Assembly: GCA_001179505.1 (NCBI GenBank)
Contig: CDMY01000253.1
Coordinates: forward strand, 83,966 to 147,965
Source: Vitrella brassicaformis CCMP3155
Taxonomy: Eukaryota > Protista > Chromerida
DNA: 64,000 nt
Direction of reading: 5' to 3'
The position numbers and the translations under genes were made by a program. This document shows positions 11,481 to 23,400 of this stretch, piece after piece; within the stretch, counting starts at the first letter, position 1, and the number at the start of each line of letters is the position of its first letter. Below the pieces are notes generated by a model. It saw only the letters and a program-made list of their open reading frames with translations. It was not told where the DNA came from and searched no databases.

Positions 11481-14400
11481 ATGAACGCCCTCCTGCTGCT
11501 GCTGTTGCTCCTCTGGCGCATCCGCTCCGAGCTGGCCGTCTTGGCCACAATGGCTGCGTTCGTGATCTATGTGCGGACCCAACGGCGCCGCCGGATGGCC
11601 AGGGGTAGTGCAAAGGACACTGTGAAGTCTGCCGAGACCACCCCCACCAGTTCCCTCAGCCCCCCACGGAACGCCGGGAGTCCACAGTCGAGCACGCCCC
11701 GAGATAACGTAAGTCAAAAGGGGGAGGGGCACCCTCTGTGTGGTGTGGATGGTTCCGATGGTTTGTGTGGTTTGTGTGGTTGCAGACCATTCCTCGTGAT
11801 CCGCCGTCTTTGTCGACGCGCCAGCCGTCCACGCCGAGTCGTTCGGTGTACGGCGAGGTGGCGGACATTGAGATCAACTCACAACACCGGCTGGCTGACC
11901 TGCTCGATCAGCCCCGGCGACTCGCACTCGTGCTGCTCCGTAAGCAGAAAACGGCCAGCCGCCTCCCTCGTCGGTCGCATCTGCATGCACCCACCCCGTT
12001 GTGCTGTCTGGTTTGTGCGTCGTCAGGTTTGTGTGCCGAGCGTCACCTGCTGGCCCTCGATATCTACGATGAGCTGGTACGTGTGGGCTATCCCTTCGTC
12101 ATGCCCTCAACCACACCCTCAGCCACCCCAACTCCCACCCTCAGCAGCAGCACCAGCGAGAGCACCGACGTGACGGCCGTCACCCCTCAGCCCCAGCCCC
12201 AGCCCCACCCGCCCAACACGGCCAAGAACTGCGAGGGGTGGGGCTGGGAGGAGGTGTTCACAAGCATCGTGCAGCTGTGCATCCACACCAGCCAGTTCGC
12301 CAAGGCGGCTGGGGTGCTGGAGCGGTTCCGGGCTGACCCGTCGCTGCGTCCCACGCTGCACTTCTACGCGTCCATCATGAACGCATATGCGGCCAAACAG
12401 AGATATGAACAGGTGACATGACAAGTGGGGGAGGGGGAGAGGTGCAGAGACGTGTGTGGGGGGGGATTTCTTCTGTGTGTGTGTGTGTATGTGTGGGTTG
12501 TCAGGCTGTCGGTTTGTATGAGTTTGTGTTGGCGGATGGGCTGCAGCCCGACACCGTCATGTTGTCGTGCCTAATCAACCTCGCTGGTACACAGACAGAC
12601 ATGCTCACCTACACACATCCACACATCTTCTTACCCACACATCCCACCCTCCTTGCCATATTACACGTGTGTGTGTGTGTGTGTGTGTGCAGCCGATTTG
12701 AGTTGGAACGAGAAGGCCATCTTCTTCTTCGAACGACTAAAGGAAATCGGGACGCCATCCGTCAAGTAAATGGCACCTGAATGTGTCTCCCTGCCTCCTA
12801 ATCTTTCGTGTGGTGTGTGTGTGGTGTGCAGGGCGTACATGACGTTGGTCCGCATCTACGGCCGCATAGGCGACTACCAGGCAGCCATGGATACCCTCAA
12901 CGTACCACACACACAGACACACACACATGTCGCCATACTTGGACGTCTGCCATGCGTCGTGTGCTGCTTTGCAAACTGCCCCCCTCCCCTCCCCTCATCC
13001 ACCCCACACACACGTACAGGCGATGGTAGCATCTGGCGTGGAGCCCGACACGCTGCTCATCAACCAGGTGTTGCTGGGCTGTGTCAACGGCGGGCGAGTC
13101 GATATCGCAGAAGACATCATCCAAGGCACTCTCATACACTCACGACGTACGCCAGACAGACAGGGAGGGAGGGAGGGAGGGAGACCGCACAGACAGAGAC
13201 GCGATGAGATGTGGCTGGCCGTCCGCGCCTGTGTGTGTGTGTGCAGGCGAGTTGCTGGACATTGTGTCGGTGAACACGTTGCTCAAGGGCTACACGCACG
13301 CAAACCTGTTTGATAAGGCCATGGAAGCGTTCAACGTACGTATGAGGGTGGGGCCCCGATGGATGTGCGGACAGACGCGACCCCTTGCCCCTTTCGTGCT
13401 GTGCCTGTGCAGTGTTTGCTGGGCGGCGAGTTGCAGCTGGCCCCCAACGACATAAGCTTCAACACACTGATCGACGCGGCCATTCGCACACAGGCAACCA
13501 CTCACACACACAGAGAGAGAATGCGCCAGCACACAAACCACCGAGATACCACAGTTCCCTCTCCTGCCTTTCCCGCAGCGACAGGACAGTGCGTGGGAGT
13601 TGCTCTCGATGATGGAGGCCGCGGGCGTGCAGCCCGACTTCTGCACCGTCTCCACCCTCATCAAGGGCATCGTCAACCTCCCTCCCGTCCCCCTCCCATC
13701 CGCCCACGCGCCATTCGGCTTCCAGGGATCCATGAGACAGCACCCCGACACAGAGGCCGCGCTGCTGCACCGGCAGAGGCACATCGACCGCGTGTTGCTG
13801 CTGCTGGCCAAGCTGTCGGCTCGCGAGCCGCCTGTGTCGTTCGTGGCGGACGGCAAACGCACGGCGGGCAAGTTCCGGGAGGTGAGGGAGAATCCACTCC
13901 ATTGTGGGGGTGCCGATTTGGGCGCGGGCATCATGCGTCTGCCTCGTGTTTGTGTGGTTGTCGTCCGTCTCTAGGCGGTGTTTGACAGTATGTTAGACGC
14001 GTGTGTGGCCATGCGGGACCTGGACACACTGCAGCGGGTAGCCAACAGACCAACAGGGGTGGGGGAGGAGACGGGCAAGGTACATTGTATCTGTGTTGTT
14101 CTGCAGACGTTCAAGTTGATGAAGGCGAATGGCGTGACGCCCTCTGCCGTCACATACGGCACACTCATCAATGCCTTCGGACAGGTAAACACAACCCTGC
14201 CGCCCCCTACCCACACACACGTCGCCTCTCTCTCTCTGTGTGTGTGCGTGTGTGTGTATCAGTGCGGTCAGTTGCCGGCGTGTTTCGAGTTGTGGGATGA
14301 GATGCAGCGCGACGGCCTCCAGCCGACCTCGGTGACCTACGGGTGCCTCATCGACGCCTGCATCAACCAGAACGACCTGCACACGGCACACCGCCTCTTC

Positions 14401-16287
14401 CAGGAGATCCAGCAGCACCCGCCACCCCTGCACCAGCACCAGCAGCAGCAGCAGCAGCAGCAGACGGCGAGTGGTGGTGAGCAGGAGTGCGGGCGGCAGG
14501 GCAACACCATGCTCTACACCACACTCATCAAGGGATTCGCCAAAAGCAGACAGGTCCACACACACACACTTCGAGAAAGAGAGCTCATCTATGCGTGTGT
14601 CACGTCTTGTGTCGTGACCTCTGTCTGTATGTGTCTGTGTATGCCATCCATCCATTTAGACTGACCGTGCGATGGAGGTGTATGAGTCGATGAAGAGGGA
14701 GGGGGTGCCGCGCAACTCGGTGACGTTCAACTCACTCCTCGACGCATGCGCTCGGTAGGTACACAGGGGAGGGCCACACACATCACATCCGCATACCATG
14801 GCTGACATCCATCCATCCACGGCTGCTGGTGTCTGTCTGGTCCTTTGGCCTTTCTGTGTGGCTGGCTGCAGGACTAACGACGGCCGGCTGAATGACGTCC
14901 TGCAGGTAGCTGGACACCTATCCCTCCCTCCATCCATCCATCGATGCTGAGGACCATGGTGTGTCTCTCTCCTTGTTGCTCCACAGGACATGGTGGCTTG
15001 TAAGATCGAGCCCGACCTGATCACCTACTCCATCCTAATCAAAGGCAACTGCGAAAACGGAAAGCTCGACCGGTACCTAACACAACACAACACACACACA
15101 CACACGTGTTCCCGCTCGCCCTTACGTCTCTCCCTGTGTGTGTGTCTGTGTGTGATGCCATGCCATCAATCGGGTCCACAGTGCGGTTGAGTTGCTTTAC
15201 AGTATGAAGGCCAAGGGCTTCGTGCCCGACGAGATTGTGTACAACTCGCTGCTCAAGGGCTGCTCACACGCGGGAGACGTGGCGCTCGCCGAGAAGCTGC
15301 TCGAGGACCTCGCCAGAGACGAAATCAGACCCTCTAACGTCACATTCTCAATACTGGTGCGTGCGGACTCTGTGCTGTGTGGGGCGGGCAGGGCAGGGCA
15401 GGCGAGACACACAAAAAGGGTTGTGTGATTTGTGATATGTGTGTGTGCAGGTGAAGATGTATGGCCGCCTGCGTCTCGTCGAGGAGGCCTTCCAGACCGT
15501 CCAGGAGGTGGGTACGCAAGAGTGGCACACAACACGCCCACCCCACAGCCTCTCTCCGTGGCCAATCTCATCTCATCTCGTCTGGTGTGTATGACCATTG
15601 AGTGCCCATCCATCAGATGAGGGAGGTGTATCAGCTGCAGCCTGGTGTGTTCGTGTACACGACCCTCATCCAGGCATGCGTCAGATCCACACACTTCAAG
15701 CGGGCCTTCGAGGTCTTCCAGGAGATGCAGATGACCGGCGTCGAACCTGATGCAGTCACGTAAGCCACACACACACACACACACGCGCGTGTCTCAACTC
15801 GCAGGCATACACCAGAGGTCCGTCTCTTGTGTGTGTCAGGTTGGGTGCTTTGTTGCTGGGGTGCGTCCATGCCGGCCGTCTCGAAGTCGCTACTCAAATC
15901 GTTCAAATGTGCACAAATCCCCCCCTCCCTCCCTTACACACACACCCATCCATTCATCTCCTTTCTTTCTCATGCGTATGTATGTATGTCAGGGCGTACG
16001 GTCTCCGTTCCCACGTGGAGCTCCAGTCTGCCGGGTACGACCTCCCCCCTCTGCGTCTCATCCCGCCCCCCCACAAGCCGGTGATCCCCTGGCTGCCCCT
16101 GCAGCCCGAGGTCATCAACAACATCATCGCCTCATGCCAGCGCAACTGCAGACACGACCTGGCCGACGAGCTCGTCAAGGTCTGGCAGGAGCACGGCACA
16201 CACACGGGGGACGACTGGCGCTGTGGGGCCAGGGGCGGCAGGGGTGGGGGCGGCATAAAGCGCTACGGCGTACACAACCGCGTATAA
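11481..16287 (+). CDS. P-type pentatricopeptide repeat (PPR) protein with N-terminal hydrophobic segment
   Basis: More than 12 tandem PPR motifs over many exons, e.g. PSAVTYGTLINAFGQ, PTSVTYGCLIDACIN, NTMLYTTLIKGFAKS, RNSVTFNSLLDACAR, PDLITYSILIKGNCENG, PDEIVYNSLLKGCSHAGD, PGVFVYTTLIQACVR. N-terminus MNALLLLLLLLWRIRSELAVLATMAAFVIYV. Stop TAA at 16285-16287. Confidence 0.92.
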
Positions 16288-17221
16288 CTAACGGGCAGGG
16301 GGGCATAATGACACCCCAAACACCACACCACACCCCAAGCAGCACATGAATGTGTGTGTAAGGATCGATCCTTCTTGGAGAGCGAGTGGTGCATTGCATG
16401 CAGGTAGGTAGCCTCTGCCGTGTTCGGATGTCTCTGACTAAGGTAGATAAGGTCGGAGGGGAGGGAGGGAGGGAGGGAGGGAGGGAGGGCGGGGCAACAA
16501 TCTCAACGGTCCATTCTCTGTCGTCTGATTTGCCATGACGGGTGGGTGTGTTGTGAGCTGTGAGTGAGTGTGGGTATGCATAACGAGTGCAAGGCAAGGC
16601 AGTGCGTGTGTGTTGGTGCATGATCATGATGTATGGCGGACACACACACACACACACAGAGTTTTGCTTTCTCTGCCCTTCCACCCATCCACACACACCT
16701 GATGGAGACTGCGTGTGCTGCAGTGCTGTGGTTTATTGGCGTGGGCAGACTAACGTTTATCGACCTGGCTGGACTGAGGAACGGACGGATGACACATAGG
16801 CGTTCATGCGCTCGTGCGAATGGGAATGGCATTTTCGGTCCGAACACATTCCACCCACCCATCAGATTGGCTCACACGCAGAAGAGATAAGGCAAGGCTC
16901 AAAAAGTTCGACCCACAAACCGCCCTATCTCACAACCAAATGCAGCGGGCAGCTCAGCAAGGAAGTCAATCGGTCCGGACCTTCTTAGCCCAGCCCGGAC
17001 ACGCAAAGGCTCAGCCCCGCCCGCAGTCAGACGGAAAAAGAGGCAGCAAAGGGAGGGAGGGATACACTCACACCACACACACGGACAAATCGGCCACAGC
17101 ATGACATCACGGAGGATGCATCAAGGAAATGCAGCAAAACCCTTCACGGCTGCATGAGCACAATTGACTCTATTCCCCGGCTCCCTCTCCACCTCCCCCA
17201 CCCACCACCCCATATGGCTAT

Positions 17222-17980
17222 CTATCCCGTTTCCCCTTTGTCGGCGCGCTTCAGTCGGCGCACGTTGTCCATGGCCTCCTCCACCGTCATGCCAACCGAG
17301 AAGAACCCATGACCCTTCCGAATATACACGCGGTACTCCGGGTATGGGTATGCCTCCGTCAGCTCCTCGAGTGCGGTTAGATCTTCCGGCGTTGAGAAGA
17401 GGGTCTCGTGTTTGCTGATGGGCAGCCCGTTGAGGAGTGCGTCCGCCTCGCTGCTGAACATGTGCCCGTGGATAGCCACACGAGGCATGATGTGGTCCTT
17501 GTGGCCGACGGCCTCCTTCCCCTCTCCCTCGCCCGTCCCGTTGTTCATCAGTGCCGCGTAGAGCAGCGGTGTGTCGCTCGTGGGCTTCTCGGCAGGCGTC
17601 ATGGACAGGTAGTGCACTCGCCACTCCTGGCGATCGAATCCCACGACGATCACAAAATCCCCCTGGTCGATGCTCGGCCGATGATGTGCGGGCTTGCCCG
17701 ACTTGGTCACGACCAGAACGGTCCCATACCCCTCCAGCGGAGTGTCGGTGAGGTGCTCGTGAGTGACGATGAATGCCGCGTTGCCCCCCACGAGCCCATC
17801 GGGCAGAATGGGCATGCAACCCGCTCTCTCCAGCTCAACGAGGGCGTCGGCGAGCTCCCCTGCCAGTCCGATGAAGGAAGGGTTTGCCTTCACCGCTCCG
17901 GGAATGTCCCCCACTCGCTCCACCTTAAATTTGACGCGAGGTCCCCCCATAGTAAGCAGAACCTCCTCTTTGGACGTCAT
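17222..17980 (-). CDS. Class II aldolase/adducin-fold protein (intronless CDS)
   Basis: Uninterrupted ORF from MTSKEEV with GGNAAF, VTKSGK, KPTSDTPLLYAAL, AIHGH and RKGHGFF. These correspond to the GN(I/V)S, TPSG, PSSE, HxH and NHG motifs of the FucA/MtnB family, with three putative metal-binding His. The start may lie further upstream. Confidence 0.65.
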   Translation of the reverse strand: MTSKEEVLLTMGGPRVKFKVERVGDIPGAVKANPSFIGLAGELADALVELERAGCMPILPDGLVGGNAAFIVTHEHLTDTPLEGYGTVLVVTKSGKPAHHRPSIDQGDFVIVVGFDRQEWRVHYLSMTPAEKPTSDTPLLYAALMNNGTGEGEGKEAVGHKDHIMPRVAIHGHMFSSEADALLNGLPISKHETLFSTPEDLTALEELTEAYPYPEYRVYIRKGHGFFSVGMTVEEAMDNVRRLKRADKGETG

Positions 17981-18380
17981 GTGGTCTAGATACCCAGCAT
18001 ACACTGGCGGGCGGCGCTCCCGCAGTTCGCTTCCATGGTGGGGAAGTACCTGATCAATGAGCAACGCAACACACGAGGGGAATAGAGAGGAAAGTAACCT
18101 TACTGTTGTGTGTGTCCACCCCCAACGACATACCATGCGATAGCTGCGAAGATGAAGATCAAGAAGATAGAAAAAAGAGTGCTCATAGTGGCCGGCTGGT
18201 TGACGGCAACTTGTGTTGTGTGGGGCTGCTTGAAGAACTGCGAGTAACAGAGAATGTGATGATGACCTTCTTCGCCGTGATGCGAGCTCAAATTTAAACT
18301 GGGAGCTCAATTCGCAGACCGGGAGCTCCGCTCCACTCTGCCTGCACTAGGGTTCTGCAGGCTACTCAGCCCGCTTTGCA

Positions 18381-20186
18381 ATGAAACGGCGGTTGTCTGT
18401 CGGGCTTCCACTCGCACAGCTCTTCTTGCTGGTACTATAGGTTCTCTCGGTCTCTCCCACGTGGATTGCATATCAATGATAGTTCTGTCATGTGCTGCCC
18501 GTCTGCAGGGCTGGCGCTTCGGCTGTTTGGCCCAGGATACAAATGTGACTGGAATGGGGAATGAGACGGCGGTGAATGCCAACTACTGGCTGACGGGGAA
18601 GGACCTCATTGACCCAAGCTGGAGCATGCCGTAGGAGCGTTCAAGGGCCCAGCCCTGACCGGGCCCATCGCATTCTTCGCATGTCATTGTTGTTGCATGT
18701 TTCTGCTGCTGCAGAGTGGCGGGCTGGGTGCGATTGAGTCGGCCGTGGAGGAGTCCCTCAACACATACGGGAAGTACCTTCTCGCCAACGCAGCTCTCAC
18801 CAGATTCTCAGAGATATACAGAAACATCAGAGGTGTGTGCCGTGTGTCCCACACACACGTGAATGAACACCGCAAGCAGCCGTTGGCTTTGTTTGTCAGG
18901 GATGGATCCCGATTGTGATGCGAAGGGTGCGGTGTGTGCCTTCGTCTTTTCGCTGCGGGGGGCCGATGGCTCGAGCGGCGAATTCAAAGCACTCAACCCA
19001 AACAAATGCACACAGTCAGTAGGCCAAGAGTGAGGGAAGGCATTGCGGAGCTCTGGGATCACATACTTATGTGTCTCTGTGTCTCTTCGTATGTGTGAGT
19101 GACTGCAGGCGCTGCTGTGTGGTGCCGAGCTTCCGCGGCTCGTCTCCTTCTTCACTGCGCCTCCAGGGTCCGCCAGGCACCACACTGACCTTATTCGACA
19201 ATCTGGAGTGCAAGACAGAGGAGCCTGAGCCAGGTAGCTCGGTACGTTAGGTCTCTCGCATCAGCCGGCGATCGATTGGCGTCGCGATGTGTGCCTTTCG
19301 GTCCTCGCTTCGCTCAGACGTTCTGAAGCTGCCGCGCCTTCAGTACCACTGGCGCATCGCTGCCAAGAGTGGGGAGTCTGACACGATCGAGCCCAACCTG
19401 ATGGCAAACCACATGTGTCCGGAGTCACAGCCCATCGACGTCAAGACGGCTTTGGGTGAGCTCAAGGCGCCCCTCTTCCCGCCCGCCGAGGAGCGGAAGC
19501 TTGAGTCAGTCAGGCCGCATCCACACAAACGAATGCAGGGATGGGCAGGCGAACACACACACACCATCATGTCTCTCTCTGTCCGTTCAGAAAGGTGTGG
19601 CATAACCTCGTCGACGCCTTGAACCTGCCAGTCGTTTATCGCTCCGACCAGATAATGCGTCTGTTTCGCGACCGCCCCACGAGACTTAAAGGACTTCACG
19701 CCATCCTCCACTGCACAGGGTAGCGCCGGCAAGAGAGAAGGGCCTCAGAGCACCTGGCAGACTTACAGACTAGTCTTGTGTGTGTGCAGGTTCCCCTTGA
19801 GTCGTGAGCAGTATGAGCAGCTGTACCTGACGTATCTGCGCACCAATGAGAAGGCGCCCAAGGCCACCCTAGACCCGGCTGTGGCTGTGCTCAGCGAGTC
19901 GGGCAGACAGCAGGTGGCGAAGATCAACGAGGACCCCGACAAGTTTTTCGTCGACTACTTTGCCACCATGCTATATGACGAACCATCGCGGTCCAACCTT
20001 CGGGCCTCTGTGTGCTCCAAGTGCGACCAGCCGTGCGACATCGATTGTCGGCCGATGGAAAGGACGGTGCGGTCGGCGCTGTTTGGTCAGAGAGAGACGG
20101 GCGGGGGAGAGAGCGAAAGGATTGCTGTCGAGAATAGGCCGAGTCAGCAGAAATTTGTGCAGATTGGTGCTAGGACGGAATTGTGA
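18381..20186 (+). CDS. Secreted hypothetical protein (signal peptide, N-glycosylation sequons, Cys-containing)
   Basis: Spliced MKRRLSVGLPLAQLFLL|GWRFGCLA-QDTNVTGMGNETAV... Later exons join in phase (NKCT|QRCCVVPSF...EPEP|DVLKLP...KLE|KVWHNL...CTG|FPLSRE...RTEL*). I could not resolve the phase of one junction near 18630-18715. Confidence 0.6.
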
Positions 20187-20459
20187 TGGTGTATGTGGAA
20201 TATAATGAGTGCACTCAATGGATTTTGAACATGAAAGAGTTATTTATTCAGATGAATGGATGAAATGCAACGAGACACGCACCACGATAGATGTCGTTAA
20301 GTCTACTGAGACACAGAACAAATAGTACACACACAAATGCTACACGACTATCGACATCGGACGACCTACTTACCGCCTAGCGCACTCACTGCATTCCTCT
20401 TACAATGAATGTCACAATAATAATGGCACAAAATCAATCAGACAGATCAAGCGCCCTAT

Positions 20460-23400
20460 GCAAAGGCCAGATCGATTTGATTTACATCCGGTATCACTGG
20501 CACACGCCACCGACCCGCCGAGCACATGACATACGCCACATCGCCCTTGTCACCCTTATCAGCACTCGTCGGCTTCCCATTGCTCACAGAACTCCACGTT
20601 ATCCGGCCCGCCTCAATGGCCACCCACGTCCCCTCACCGTATAAACGGTTTGGCAGAACTTCTTCCCTCCCCTATGGCCGGTCGACTCGAGGATCTGAGG
20701 GGGATTTTGGCCTTTCCAGCAGTTGGCTGGATCGCAGCGCCCAGGACCCCACACTGCGTATCGGTTGGCACGTGGAAGCGACTTGCGCACTCTCTTCTTA
20801 AATATATCACACGAGGCTCCAAAAGGCAGGCCGGCGATGGTGGCCTCGGGATGAGCTCGAAAGTAGGCCAGCATGGGTGAGCTCATGATCGGGCCTCCCT
20901 TGCCGTGGCCAACCTCCTGCTTCGTGGGGACGAACCCAACAAGACCGCCCACCGGTTGCCGTGAGGAGCCTCCCAGTGTGATGAAGGCTGAATCGGTCGG
21001 CATGCCAGGTGCAAGAGACACCGCACTAGAGAGCTCTAGGGATGAAGAGGCCCCCTTTCCATCAGCAGAAGAGGATTGCGTCTCGTAGGGGTATTGAAGG
21101 ACGTATGCCGGTGAGCCTCTACTGACATCCAGCCACCGTAGCTGCTCCATAAAAAAAGAGAGGGGCGTCCGGCGATCTAAGCTGAGGACGGGCGGATAAT
21201 CGCCGTCTCTTCTCCTCTGCGCCTCGTTGTCCAGGCCTTCCGAGTGCGGTGACACTTGCCGCGTTCTCCTTCCGCTTGTCAGCCTTGTCCCGCTGTCCGT
21301 CTCTCTGTCGATGGCACCATACTTTCTGATCTCTGAGCGAGATTCATGCCCCACGGCTTCTCCGTTCAAGCCAGCATGTGCAAGTGAGCTTTCGGGTGGT
21401 GGGACGGTCACATCCGCGCCGTATGCATTCTCGTTGAAGTCCTGATATGGAGACACTTCCCCTTCTTTTCGTGTCTTCTTCTCCTTCAGCATGGCAGCCG
21501 ATAAGCGCAACACTGGTGGTACGTGGACTGGTCGGGAGGGGACAAAAACAGCTGTGGGAGGAAGTGTCGCCGTCGACGCTTCCTCCGGCCTCCAGAGGAC
21601 TCCATGCACCGAGAGTGATGGGTCGCCTGTCGCGCGTGGCCTTCCTGGGACAGACGGCTGCATCTGCTGCATCCGTGTGAAGCGGGATCGAAGGCCCTCA
21701 AGTTCAGTCAGCATGTTCTCCTCCCAACTCACTGCTGCGGCGCCTTCAGCAGTCAGTTGATGGGCGTCTTGAAGCCCAAAGCCACCCAGACCCAATAGTA
21801 CAGACGATGAGCTGTTGGATGTGTCATGTGACTCGGTCATGGCAGCGAGAGGCCGCACTTCCACAGAGCAGTGGCTGGACCACAAACGACTCGTCGACGA
21901 GTCGTTGCTGCGGGATGAAGAAGACGAGAAGAAGCTTCTCAGGTGCTGCAGACCCAGAAGGGAGGCAAGGGGCGTCTCTTGCTCACTTCTATACGTCTCA
22001 TGGATGTCCAGTTGGCTTCCTCTGCCACTTTGACACACCCACACTTTGACGCTGCGCTCGTGTGGCTCAGGGGAAGGCTGTGCCATCGGCAAGAGCTCCG
22101 GTGCCGAGCTGTCATTGTCTCTCCGAACCAATGCGAACTGGCCGCACGGCCTCCGTCCGGTTTGTCTCTTGCTGCGGGTAATCCATCAGCTCAAGTGTCT
22201 CTTTCCCGTCCCTGCCGACTGTCTCCGCCACAAACACGACCCCCAGAGGTCGGTCTGTGCCGTTGTCGAAGAGCCGTGAAAGAGAGGTTGTTGCCGTCTC
22301 GTCGGTCTCGTCGCTGGCGTGAAGCGGAAAGACGCTTTGTGACAGGAGCGCAAGGGCCGACAGGAGAGGCGGCAAAGGGGTGGGGGATGAAGGCCCGCCG
22401 GCATCCGCTGAAGGGTCATGCTCTAGCCTCGCATCGGCGTCGAGACCCGACGTGTGCTTGTGCCTGTGGCTTTTGACAGATGAATGCCACAACGCAACCT
22501 CTTGGTCCACTTGACGGGCCAGAGCCACCTGCCGTCCTTCAGCGTCAATAAAGCTCGGCCACACGATGATTGGGTGAATGCCGACCAGCCGTCTCAAGCC
22601 ATCCTCGTAGCTCTCGTCGGTGAGTACAGCGTCGCTCTCCCTCTGGACGAAAGCATGAGCCGCCACGCTCGGATTGAAGTGATGAAGACAATTGGGGTTG
22701 CCCAGTCGATTGAACTCCTGAGCTGGGTTGGCGCAGACGTTCGTGTCTGGGAAGTCGATTTCCGTCACCGCGGCGATTTCTTCATCTTCTTGGATGAATG
22801 AGCTGCTGGATCCCGTGGCGGTGAAAAGGCCCCGGGAGTCGCACTTGGCTGAGCGCGGCTGCGGGCCGAAGAGCGTGCGCCGCAGCATGGCTGACGCATA
22901 CATGTCAAAGGAAGCCCTGCATCCCACTGCAAGGCAAGGCACCCACAGACAGAGAGCATCCAAGTCTGTGTGGATCTTGTGTCTCTGTGTCTGTCTTTGT
23001 GTCTGACTGCTCACTGCTGCATCTGATAGGCAGCTCGGTCCACCTTCCATCTCTGCAGTGCATCTGGCCGACCAGTGACTGGTGCAGAGTGTCGTAGAAT
23101 AGGAAGTTGAAGCTTTCGTCCAGCATGGGGGCGAGCCTCGACGCCCAGTCGCACACCACAAGATGCACGTCACCAGGCTAACACAAACTCACAGAAGAGA
23201 CAAGAACATGCAACAACCACACACTCTTAGCGCAACTCACCTTTCTAGCCATTAGGTGTTTGTCTTTCTCGGGCATCGCCATGGCCTTCATTCTCAACAC
23301 ATTGGTGGTGGCGATGTCCTCCTGGAATATCGACTGGATCACCTGGTAAGGCGACAGAGCACCAAACATATCTTCACACGTCGCCTTGGCACACTTGTCA

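Noticed and set aside
14410-14465. CAG repeat / poly-Gln in the PPR gene (also in PP4R3 near 59450)
   Set aside because: An ordinary low-complexity insertion between repeats, common in such genomes.
12470-16700. (GT)n, (CA)n and (GAGG)n microsatellites as separate features
   Set aside because: They are the normal intron and UTR composition throughout the window.
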